DNA of 64,000 nucleotides, from NCBI GenBank assembly GCA_965219085.1, contig OZ244720.1:1856001-1920000 (forward strand), given 5' to 3'. Shown here one piece after another: positions 1-8,890 of this stretch. Within the stretch, counting starts at the first letter, position 1. Every line of letters starts with the position of its first letter. The position numbers and the translations under genes are program-made. The notes beneath the pieces are model-generated. The model made no database searches and was not told the origin of the DNA. It saw only the letters and a program-made list of their open reading frames with translations. The DNA comes from Dehalococcoidia bacterium (GTDB lineage Bacteria; Chloroflexota; Dehalococcoidia; UBA2979).

Positions 1-30
1 CGGTGCTCCCGTAACCGCGACCGAATCCGT

Positions 31-772
31 GCCGCTGCGCGCGACCTGGTGCACGCGTGCACGAGGTGAGCCGGGGGTCGGCGCCACGAGCTGCCGCGGG
101 CCGGGGAAGAGGCGGTGGCGCGGGCCTGTCGCCGGGCTGCGCCTCGCGCCGGGGGCGCGCTCGGCTGGACCCGCCTCGGGCCGCTCCGCGCCGAGGGGCC
201 ACACGTCGCTGCGCGCGACCTGGTGCGCGCGTGCACGAGGTGAGCCGGGGGTCGGCGGCCACGAGCTGCCGTGGACGCCGGGGAAGGAGCGGTGACGCGG
301 GCCTGTCGCCGGGCTGCGCCTCGCGCCGGGGGCGCGCTCGGCTGGACCCGCCTCGGGCCGCTCCGCGCCGAGGGGCCACACGCCGCTGCGCGCGACCTGG
401 TGCGCGCGTGCACGAGGTGAGCCGGGGGTCGGCGGCCACGAGCTGCCGTGGACGCCGGGGAAGGAGCGGTGACGCGGGCCTGTCGCCGGGCTGCGCCTCG
501 CGCCGGGGGCGCGCTCGGCTGGACCCGCCTCGGGCCGCTCCGCGCCGAGGGGCCACACGCCGCTGCGCGCGACCTGGTGCACGTGTGCACGAGGTGAGCC
601 GGGGGTCGGCGCCACGAGCTGCCGTGGGCGCCGGGGAAGGAGCGGTGACTCGGGCCTGTCGCCGGGCTGCGCCTCGCGCCGGGGGCGCGCTCGGCTGGAC
701 CCGCCTCGGGCCGCTCCGCGCCGAGGGGCCACACGCCGCTGCGCGCGACCTGGTGCGCGCGTGCACGAGGTG
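31..772. repeat. Tandem repeat, ~4.2 copies of a 174-177 bp GC-rich unit
   Basis: Unit starts G(C/T)CGCTGCGCGCGACCTGGTG at 31, 205, 382, 559 and 735. Units are near-identical along their whole length, with no variable spacers. Confidence 0.9.
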
Positions 773-963
773 GCCGGAACGTGCCGGAATACGCTTCCGC
801 ACGCGTGTGCCACGGAGAGGGCGCGAGGCTGCAGTCACCCTGATAGAATACGGCCAGAGAGGAACACATGGGCTACTCACAAGGCGACGAGAGCAGGGGA
901 GCGCGGGAGCGGGCGGTGGCCCCCCGGACGCTCCGCCGAGCGCCGCCAGCAGTGAGCAGAGGC

Positions 964-1514
964 CTAGCAGGGTGCTGAAAAAGGCGCGGCCATCTGGCAG
1001 GATGGGGCTGGCGGCGGGGGCATAGCCTGGGAGGCAGCCCCGTGCGAGGTGACGCCGAGCGCCAGACCAACATGTTGCTGGCGGTGACGCCGGACTCCTT
1101 CATCCCGGACGACCACCCGATCCGACGCATCAAACCGATCGTCGATGCCGCGCTGCAGCGGCTCTCGCCGCTGTTCGGCACGATGTACGCAACGAGCGGG
1201 CGGCCCTCGATCCCGCCCGAGCACCTGCTCAAGGCGAGCCTGCTGATCGCGCTCTACTCGGTGCGCAGCGAGCGCCAGTTCTGCGAGCGGCTGCGCTACG
1301 ACCTGCTCTTCAAGTGGTTCTTGGACCTCAACATCTCAGACGCGCCGTTCGACGCCTCGACCTTCTCCAAGAACCGCGAGCGCCTGCTCGCAGCCGATGT
1401 CGCGCGCGCCTTCTTCGCCGAGGTGGTGGCCGAGGCAAAGCGCCGCCGGCTGCTCTCCGCCGAGCACTGCACGGTGGACGGGACGCTGCTCGAGGCGTGG
1501 GCGTCGCTCAAGAG
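964..1514 (+). mobile_element. Left part of an IS5/IS1182-like insertion sequence (left end plus truncated transposase 1042..1514)
   Basis: CTAG followed by CAGGGTGCTGAAAAAG end motif at 964-983. ORF motifs GRPSIPPE, SERQ, FDASTFSKNR and VDGTLLEAWASLK; homology stops after WASLK, where the IS110 element begins. Confidence 0.85.
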
Positions 1515-1624
1515 ATGGCATGAGGGCCGGTCTCTTCCTCAAGGGGGATACTCGCCCCCGAAACAGCGGCCTCGATGGGCCAGAACGGCTCTTTGCGGAG
1601 CTTTGACGAGGTAGGAGACCGGCC

Positions 1625-2713
1625 GTGCAGCAGGATACCGCAACGACGTGGAGCATTGAGGGCAAGGAAGGGTCAGGGGTCACCATCGGCCTCGACGTGG
1701 GCGACCGCTACACCCACGTCCACGCCCTCGGCGCCGGCGGGGAGGTGGTACGTGAGAGGCGCGTCCGCACCACGACGGCAGCGCTGGGCATGGTGCTGAC
1801 CGGCCTCCCCCCATCGCGGGTCGTGATCGAGGCGGGGCCGCGCTCGCCGTGGCTGAGCCGCCTCATGGCGGACCTCGGCCACGAGGTGGTCGTCGCCAAC
1901 CCGCGCCAGGTCGCGCTGATCGCCCGCAGCCAGCGCAAGACCGACCGGCTCGACGCCGAGTGGCTGGCGCGGCTGGGGCGCTTCGACCCCCAGTTGCTCG
2001 CCCCGATCCGCCACCGCAGCGAGGCGAGCCAGCACGACCTCGCCGTGGTGCGCGCCCGCGACGCGCTGGTGCGCTCGCGGACGCTGCTCATCAACCACGT
2101 GCGCGGGGCCGTCAAGGCCTGCGGAGCCGCGTTGCCGTCGTGCACGGCCGAGGCGTTCCACCGCAAGACGGCGGACCACATCCCCGACGGGCTGCGCCCG
2201 GCGCTGCTGCCGCTGGTGGAGGCGATCGGCGAGCTGACCGCGCGCATCGCGGCGGCCGGCCGCGAGATCGAGGCGTTGTGCGAGGCTCACTCCGAGACCG
2301 CGGCGCTGCGCCAGGTCACGGGCGTCGGGCCGATCACCGCGCTCACGTTCGTGCTGACGATCGAGGATCCTGGGCGCTTCCCGAAGAACCGCGAGGTCGG
2401 CGCCTACCTCGGGCTCGTGCCGAGGCAGCGCGACTCGGGCGAGCGCACGCCGCAACTCGGCATCGGCAAGAGCGGCGATCCGCACCTGCGGCGGCTGCTG
2501 GTGCAGGCCGCGCACTACATCCTCGGCCCCTTCGGGCCCGACACCGACCTCCGCCGCTGGGGTGAGCGCTACACCGCTACGGGGGCCGGTAACGCGAAGA
2601 AGCGCGCCGTCGTGGGCGTCGCGAGGCGGCTGGCGGTGCTGCTGCTCGCGCTGTGGAAGACCGGCGAGGTCTACGAGCCGTTGCGCGACGCCGCGGCGCA
2701 GGAGGCCGCGTAG
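1625..2713 (+). CDS. IS110-family DEDD transposase/recombinase, 362 aa, apparently intact
   Basis: IGLDVG, VIEAG, KTDRLDA, GVGPITA, AYLGLVPRQRDSG and G.P.LRRLLVQAA motifs. Confidence 0.93.
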   Translation: MQQDTATTWSIEGKEGSGVTIGLDVGDRYTHVHALGAGGEVVRERRVRTTTAALGMVLTGLPPSRVVIEAGPRSPWLSRLMADLGHEVVVANPRQVALIARSQRKTDRLDAEWLARLGRFDPQLLAPIRHRSEASQHDLAVVRARDALVRSRTLLINHVRGAVKACGAALPSCTAEAFHRKTADHIPDGLRPALLPLVEAIGELTARIAAAGREIEALCEAHSETAALRQVTGVGPITALTFVLTIEDPGRFPKNREVGAYLGLVPRQRDSGERTPQLGIGKSGDPHLRRLLVQAAHYILGPFGPDTDLRRWGERYTATGAGNAKKRAVVGVARRLAVLLLALWKTGEVYEPLRDAAAQEAA

Positions 2714-2799
2714 CAAGGCGCGGCGCCGAAGCAACCGACCAGGAGAGCGAGACTGAGACGGACCTGGGAGGAGGCCCAGCAAACCAACCACTGCACGTG

Positions 2800-2975
2800 A
2801 TGCCGGGCAACGGGCGACTGCGAGGCGGTAGCGGTCCAACAAGGACGTTCAAGAGTTGGCAGCGCCCCCTGGAAGCAGGATGTGCCTTCATGCACCGGGC
2901 CCGATACGTGGCCCATCAAAGAGTGCGGATAGAAGCTCGGCACAGGCTCCGTCAGGGGACATCACGAGCGGATCG
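2800..2975 (+). ncRNA. Candidate bridge/seek RNA of the IS1111-type element
   Basis: Non-coding region downstream of tnp with stem-loops. TCAAGAG (2849-2855) equals the left target flank plus core; ATAGAAG (2929-2935) equals the element right end plus core. Boundaries approximate. Confidence 0.65.
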
Positions 2976-3037
2976 GCCCCGATGTCGAGGAGCGCCACGC
3001 CCCGAGGAGGAAGCCGCCACGTCGGCCTTGCAGAAAG

Positions 3038-3948
3038 GTCGGGTAAGGGGCTGGCGCGGTACGAGCCGTAGGCAGTGGCGCTTATCCCGCCGGTTTCCCG
3101 CCGGTGCTCACTTCCACGTGCCGTAGCCAACGCCCGTTTCCAGCCCCTCCCCTTCGAACCGTGCATGCGGTTCTCCCGCACACGGCTCACCGACGTCCTT
3201 CACCGGATGGCATTCGGCCCCGCCCGCCACGCACGCTCCACAACGTCCCTGCGGTGGACTTTGTCGTAGAGCGCGTGAAAACGTCGCTCGGCTCGGCCTT
3301 GGCCGCCCGGTAGAGCGTGTGCTGTAGTTCTCGGACCTTTTGCTCGGCGGTTCTAGCCACGACGGGCACTCGCCAATCCTTCCCCAAGCTACACGCGCAG
3401 ACGAAGTAGCGGCCCTTCCCTCACCGGCGGTTCTGTTGTCCGCTCGGCTCAATCGGTACTATGGCCGCCTCCGACTCCCTCCCGGCCGGCTACCCACTTC
3501 CCGGTTCGTCACCGGTTATAGGGCACCTCGCTCCGGCACCAATCCGCAGGCGCCGGACCGGGGAGGGCCTCCCCAGTTCCCGCCGTCACCTTCCACACGT
3601 TCCGCGCCCTCTACGCCGGGAGGTTCTTCGGGGTTGCGCCTCCAGGCTCTTCACCCCTTCCATGGCCTTCGCCCTGACGGCCGGGGCTCGGCTCCTCCTT
3701 GTTCCCACCATGCGGTGGGTATGTTCACGACGCGGCAGACTTCGCTTCATGCTGCGGACCGCGTGGTCGCTCCCCCTCAAGGGCTTTCGACATCGGGCTC
3801 CGGCCCGGCCCGTTTCCAGACCCGACCGCCGATCTGCTACCGGGCCCCCTGGCAGTTACCCGGACCGGACTTTCACCGGTAGGCGACGACGAGCATGTCT
3901 CCGGACTGATCAGATCATTCTGCACCGTCCTTCGACTTCAGGGCGCAC
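3038..3948 (-). mobile_element. Group II intron (911 nt), non-autonomous, with internally deleted RT ORF
   Basis: 5' end GTGCGCCC at 3948. Domain V GAGCCGTGTGCGGGAGAACCGCATGCACGGTTC (~3156-3188). Domain VI ends CCTTACCCGAC at 3038. Hairpin-loop GCCGUC (3676-3681) can pair with the 5'-exon end GACGGU. Removing the intron restores the IS inverted repeat. Confidence 0.9.
3200..3369 (-). pseudogene. Remnant of group II intron reverse transcriptase/maturase (N-terminus fused to last codons)
   Basis: KVRELQHTLYRAAKAEP, then frameshifted RRFHALYDKVHRRDV, typical of intron RT N-termini. No YADD domain; joins directly to the region just before domain V. Confidence 0.8.
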
Positions 3949-3965
3949 ACCGTCCCTCATAGAAG

Positions 3966-4270
3966 TGACCGCTGCGGCTCGGAGGCGTCGCCGGGACTGT
4001 CGTCAGCACCCGCCTCGACCGCGGCGACCTCCGCCGCGACCGGCTCGGGTGCGGCCCACGCGGCGTCGACGAGCAGCGCTTCGGCGTCCGCGGCGACTTG
4101 CTGCGCCTGGGCGAAGACCGACTCGACCGAGCCGGCATCCTCCTCGCCGGCGATGATCTTCCTGGCCAGCGCCAGCATCAGGTCGTCACCGTCGTCCCAG
4201 CGCCACTCGAAGACGCACAGCGTCGGAGCCTCGCGCCGACTCCGCGCCTTCGGCTCCGGCTGCTCGCCGG
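3966..4270 (-). pseudogene. Rearranged C-terminal fragments of ICE-type SF2 helicase
   Basis: DLMLALARKIIAGEEDAGSVESVFAQAQQ and EAPTL.VFEW pieces match the fragment at 58054-58620. Confidence 0.75.
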
Positions 4271-4274
4271 CCCC

Positions 4275-4685
4275 CTATCGGAGCAGGGCGACGAAGCCAG
4301 CCTGCACGAAGTCCCGGTCGTGAGCGAGTGCCTCCGAGATCCCTCGCTCCTCCATGACAAGGAAGCTCGCGCAGTCGGTGAGACTCTAGGTCTGATCCGG
4401 GCGGCTGGCGTAGCGCTCGACGGCGGCCCGGAACTGCGCGTCCGTCTGCGGGGTCACCTCGACGTTTTGGCTGCGTTCGGCCCGCTCCACAACCCCATAG
4501 GCCAGGGACCGCTGTCGTTCCCCTCGGCTCCCGAAGATGTTGAGCATCTCGACCAGCACCATCTGGGTGGTCACGATGCGGCGCGGCCCGAGCGCCCTTG
4601 TCAGAGCGAGTGCCTTCTCGTGCAGCCTGTCACGAGGATCCTCAAGTGCGACCCAGTACCCCGTATCTGCGAATACGTCGCTCAC
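4275..4685 (-). pseudogene. PIN-domain (VapC-like) toxin with internal nonsense codon
   Basis: VFADTGYW start. After TAG at 4386-4388 the frame continues SLTDCASFLVMEERGISEALAHDRDFVQAGF to a stop at 4275; the TAG sits where W of WSLTDC is expected. Confidence 0.85.
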
Positions 4686-4954
4686 AGGTTCCGGTCCTTC
4701 GGGTGGCCGTACAAGTAGTGCTTGTAGTTCTCGGCGAGGTCATGGGGCCGATCGTCACGCTCGTCGGCTGGCGCGGACGCGTGCAGTTCCTCGATGAGTT
4801 GCACAAGGGCCCCCCCGCTTCCTTCAGCCCCCTCCTGCGACGCACGCGATGTGTCATCCATCGACACCGTCACCTCCGCGCCCTCGTCCAGGTCGACAGG
4901 CTCCGTAGGCGTGAACACGCCATTGGCGTAGGTAGCCTTCACAGTTGTGGTCAT
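4682..4954 (-). CDS. Antitoxin, DUF104/AF2212-like
   Basis: MTTTVKATYANGVFTP...DLAENYKHYLYG. Stop overlaps the PIN start (GTGA); GGAGG RBS upstream. Confidence 0.8.
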   Translation of the reverse strand: MTTTVKATYANGVFTPTEPVDLDEGAEVTVSMDDTSRASQEGAEGSGGALVQLIEELHASAPADERDDRPHDLAENYKHYLYGHPKDRNL

Positions 4955-5066
4955 GGTCGATCCTCCCGGCGCGCGCCTGCGTCTATCCTACCGCGCGTTA
5001 GGCCCCGGTTGGACGGTCGGGGGAACCGGAAAGGCGCTTACCACCGCGCGCAGTCAGCCGCGCCGT

Positions 5067-5102
5067 CCACGAGTAGCGCAGCGTTTGGTGTGGATTGGAA
5101 AA
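5067..5102 (-). other. Conserved 36-bp junction motif, copy 1, abutting the helicase break
   Basis: TTTTCCAATCCACACCAAACGCTGCGCTACTCGTGG; 34/36 identical to 10802-10837 and at the same offset from the helicase ET codons. Confidence 0.75.
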
Positions 5103-5110
5103 CCGAGACC

Positions 5111-5870
5111 TCCGTTTCGTACCAGCAGATGGTGGGGAAGTCGACGAGGTCGAGGCCCGTCTGCACCAGCCGCAGATGGCAGACGAGCACGTCGACGCCC
5201 TCCTCGACCCGCTGCGCCACCCAGGCCTCGCGACGTTCGGGAGCGACGGATCCCGGCTTAATCACCGCGACCGTGAAGCCGTGGCGAGTGAGGAAGTCGT
5301 CCATCCGCTCCGTGATGTCACGCGTTCCCGTGTGGGTGGCGTAGACCAGCACCCGCCGGCCCGCCAGGCGCTCGGCGGCGACGAGGTCGACGAGGGACTG
5401 CTCCTTCGGGTAGAGCTTCTCCTCGGAGAGGGGAGGCACCTGGATGAGCACCTCCCCGGACTCCGGGTCGAAGACCGTCTCGCCGCGCGTGCAGCCGTCC
5501 GGGTAGGCCAGGAGCGTCTGCAGGTAGGTGGCCAGCAGCCGCTTCGAGCCCTTCGCCAGCACTTCCGTGAGGGCGGCGCGCAGCGTCTCGAAGACGGAGT
5601 CGTAGGCGCTCCGCTGGGAGAAGCCGCTACCGTCCTCCTCGTCGTCCATCGAGGAGAGCAGCACCCGCTCCTCGTAGGGCGGCAGCCCGGAGGCCACGTC
5701 CGAGAGGCGCAGGAAGATGCTGGCGCCGATGAGGTGAAAGAGCGCCGCGGGGGCGAGCCCCGGCCGCTCCCGGATCACCTTGCGGTACTTGCGGCGGCGG
5801 CTCGTGCGCCCGTCCTCGAGCGACTCGCCGTCGTCGCGCCCGATGGTGTGCTCGACGAAGCCGTAGCGCC
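5111..5870 (-). pseudogene. Internal fragment of ICE-type SF2/SNF2-like helicase, ending at WYET
   Basis: RRVLVYATHTGTRDI and LVQTGLDLVDFPTICWYET motifs. The start is cut by the IS110 end; the end is replaced by the junction motif. Confidence 0.85.
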
Positions 5871-7373
5871 CTATCTTCTTCGTCAAGGCCATCGGGCTCC
5901 TGAAGCTGGCTGAGTCGACGTCATCACGCGGCGACCGGACGGTCGTGCGGGATCTTCGCCCGGTACGGCCGGCGCGAGCGGAGCATGGCCAGGATGACGT
6001 CGCAGCGCCGGCGCGCGAGGCAGATGACCGCGGCGTTGTGTCGCTTCCCCTCGGCGCGCTTGCGGTCGTAGAAGGCCCTCGAGGCGGGGTCTCGCAACGA
6101 GGCGAAGGCGGCGAGGAACATCGCGTTCTTGAGCCTGTGGTTGCCGCGCCGGCTGCGCGCCTCGCCGCGGAGGCTGGAGCCCGACTGGCGTGTCACCGGC
6201 GCGAGTCCGGCGTAGCTCGCGAGCCTCGATCCGTTAGCGAAGCGGGAGCCGTCGCCGATCTCAGCGAGGATCCTCGACCCTGTCCGGGGGCCGATGCCCG
6301 GCAGCGTCCGGAGGATGCGTCCGAAAGGGTGTGCCTCGAAGAGGGCCTCGATCTCGGCCTCGAGCCGCTTGCGGCGCTCCAGCGTGCGGTCGAGTTCGGC
6401 GACCACCTCGGCGATCACGCGCCCCGTCACGGCCTCGACGGGCACGACGACGGTCTGCGCGTCGAGGGCCTCGGCGACGGTCGCGGCCAAAGCCTTCGCG
6501 AGGCGCGGCGAGCGCTTCCGCACCACCCGCGCGATCCGGCCGCGCCCGGCCGCAGCCAAGGCTTGGGGCACCGGGTGGCGGGTGAGGAGGTCGCGTACGC
6601 CCGGATGGTGCAGCCTGGGACCCAGAACGCGCTCCAGGGCCGGGGACACGCTCGTCAGCCGTCCCGCAGCCGGTTGGAGAGCCGCGTGGCGTCCGCGGCG
6701 AGGTCGGTGTCGTAGCCGTTGAGGACGCGCAGCTGATCGAGCAGCTCGTCGTCGCCGGCGTCGAGCCAGTGCACCTGGTGGCGCCGGGTGCGGCCGGTGT
6801 CGGCGATCACGAAGGCGTCGCGGCGGTCGGTCTTGGCCTCGCCCGGGTAGAGGTCGGCGGCGCGGCGCATGACCAGGCCGGGCACGTATGCGACCGGCAC
6901 ACCGAGGCGCGCAGCGACGGCGAGCACGAGGCTGGCGAGCGAGCCGGGCTGGTCGACGACCAGCGCAGGGGTACCGAGGGCCTGGGCGCGGCCGAGGAGC
7001 GCCTCGATGTCGGCCTCGCCGTTGGCCACGGCGCCGGCGAACAGCGGCGAGCCCGCGGCGTCCAGCACTTCAGCGAAATGTTCTGCCTTGCCGATGTCGA
7101 GGCCAATCCACACGTCGATGTCGTCGGGCGTTCCCACTGCGGCTCCTCATGGGTGCTTCGTCCACTCGTCCGGAAGGCCGCAGGTGCGCGCGCCGTCATC
7201 CACCTTACGAATCAGCGATCAGGTCGCATGTCCCCATCAGAGGTTCACGCACCGAGCAGCGCCGGTGGCAACACCCCCCAAGGCCGTCGAGCGACAGGGG
7301 GCACTGAGCCATGCCGGCACTGCCGGACTCCCGGCCCGGGAACCTACCCAGGCCGCAGGAAGAAGGTAAGGGG
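5871..7373 (-). mobile_element. IS110-family element (IS900/actinobacterial type, upstream non-coding region)
   Basis: Transposase 7137->5924. Right end carries TTGACG (-35-like) and appears truncated. Left junction reads CATGCGTACCCCCT|TAC. Confidence 0.8.
5924..7137 (-). pseudogene. IS110 transposase split by a 1-bp frameshift near 6660
   Basis: WIGLDIGK, VVDQP and KTDRRDA in 6655..7137; PGIGPRTG, LASYAGLAPVTRQSG and GNHRLK in 5924..6649. Confidence 0.88.
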
Positions 7374-7454
7374 GTACGCATGTGCTAGATCGCCCTGCAC
7401 GGCAGACCCCAGCGCGACGTGCAGTGCGACGGCACGCGCCGTCGCTCCCTCCGC

Positions 7455-7617
7455 CGTCTCAGGTGCATGGACTGGTCTGTCGAGCGTGATGCACATGCCT
7501 CCCGCAGCACGGATCCAACTCCATGGCAACGTACCACCTTGTTGTGAACCTTCAGTGGACAACAGGCCCGCTACGATGACAGTCCGGTGGACATTCTCAG
7601 GAAAAAGCTACGGAGGA
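7455..7617. promoter_or_regulatory. Conserved intergenic element, copy a (orphan)
   Basis: CATGGCAA..TACCACCT..TGAACCTTCA..GATGAC-N5-GGTGGA, homologous to the copies at 37205, 50526 and 55055. Confidence 0.65.
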
Positions 7618-8890
7618 GTTCGCCCTCGACGGCGAGGGAGCTTTGCAGCTTCTTCGCCACCAGCTTGAGGGCGTCCGCCTGGAGGGTGTTCCGGTAGGCC
7701 ATGAAGACGACCTGCACGGGCTGCGTCTGACCCACTCGTCACGAGCGCCGTGACGCTGCCGCATCGTGTAGACGCTGTAATCCGTCTCGTACCAAGCGAT
7801 CGTCGGGAACTCCACGAGGTCGAGGCCCGTCTGCGCGAGCCGGGGGTGGCAGACGAGCACGTCCACGCCCTCCTCGACGCGCTTCGCTACCCACGCCTCG
7901 CGGCGCTCCGGCGGCACCGCGTCGGCCTTCATCAACGCGACCCGGAAGCCGTGCCTGCCCAGAAAATCCTCCATCCGCCCGGTGATGTCGCGCGTGCCCG
8001 TGTGCGTGGCGTAGACGAGCACGCGGCGGCCTTGCAGCCGCTCGGCGGCGGCGACGAGGTCGACGAGCGCCCGCTCCTTGGGGTAGAGCCTGTCCTCGGG
8101 GAGCGGCGGCACTTGCACGAGCAGCTCCTCGCTCTCCGGATCGAAGACCGTCTCGCCCTGCGTGAGCCGTCGGGGTAGGCGAGCAGCGTCTGCAGGTAGG
8201 TGGCGAGCGGACGCCTGGAGCCCTTCGAGAGCGCGTCGGCGAGCGCCGCCCTGAGCGTCCCGAACAGCTCGTCGTAGCCCGAGCGCCGCGAGAGCCCGTT
8301 CCCGTCGGCTTCGGTGTCCATCGAGGAGAGCAGCACGCGCTCCTCATAGGGCGGGAGCCCCGACGCCACATCGGACAACCGTAGGAAGACCGAGTTGCCG
8401 ATGAGGTGGAAGAGCGCGGCGGGGGCGAGCCCCGGGCGCTCGCGCACGACCTTGCGGTAGCGCTTGCGGCGGCTCGTGCGCCCGTCCTCGAAGGAGTCCG
8501 GGTCGTCGCACCCGATGGTGTGCTCGACGAAGCCGTAGCACTCGATCCAGCGGCCTTCTTCCGCCCGCCCGAACTCCCCCCGGATCTCCGGGCTGAACCG
8601 ATAGAGGAGATGGAAGAGCGTCGAGGAGTAGCCACCCATGAGGGTGCCCGAGAGGCTAAGCTAAGCGACTTGGCGCAGGCGTCGGCGAGGACGCCGGCGG
8701 CGATGCCTGGGCGGAGCCGCGCGCCTTGAACTCGTGCACCTCGTCGCCGATCAGCAGCTCGAAGAAGCCCCGCAGGCGGTGCTTCACGTAGTCGCTGAGC
8801 GGGTAGCGCTTCGGGCCCGTGCGACCCGCGCTTGCCCATGGAGGAGCGCTCGCGGAAGTTGTCGAGCTCGATCTTGCCGATCCGCGCCGC
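7613..8890 (-). pseudogene. Longest SF2 helicase relic, with several frameshifts
   Basis: LIGDEVHEFK (motif II, ~8725-8755), SGTLMGGYSS (motif III), QTGLDL, intact WYETDYSVYTMRQ, and KKLQSSLAVEGEL. Confidence 0.85.

Larger units (their letters stand above)
1513..3965 (+). mobile_element. IS110-family (IS1111-type) element interrupted by a group II intron
   Basis: AG core at both ends (1513-1514, 3964-3965). Subterminal IR ATGAGGGCCGGTCT (1520-1533) matches 13/14 the reverse complement of AG|ACCGTCCCTCAT rebuilt by removing 3038-3948. Long non-coding region lies downstream of the transposase. Confidence 0.85.

Noticed and set aside
31-772. CRISPR array
   Set aside because: Units are ~176 bp and conserved throughout; there are no unique spacers and no cas genes in the window.
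57-1025. 322-aa Arg/Ala/Gly-rich ORF
   Set aside because: It is a read-through of the GC-rich tandem repeat, with no recognisable motifs or RBS.
3200-3369. Diversity-generating retroelement or retron acting on the lectin-like domains
   Set aside because: The only RT sequence is a tiny remnant inside a group II intron. I saw no template/variable repeat pair differing only at adenines.
4386-4388. Programmed read-through (pyrrolysine at TAG; selenocysteine at TGA 53839)
   Set aside because: The TAG replaces an expected Trp and the TGA is also one change from TGG. The region is full of decayed genes and shows no recoding signals.
5070-5090. CGAGTAGCGCAGC resembles the 5' part of tRNA-Pro (also at ~10805 and ~38728)
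   Set aside because: No anticodon arm, T-loop or acceptor stem follows. Kept only as part of the junction motif; the 13-bp match at 38728 may be chance.
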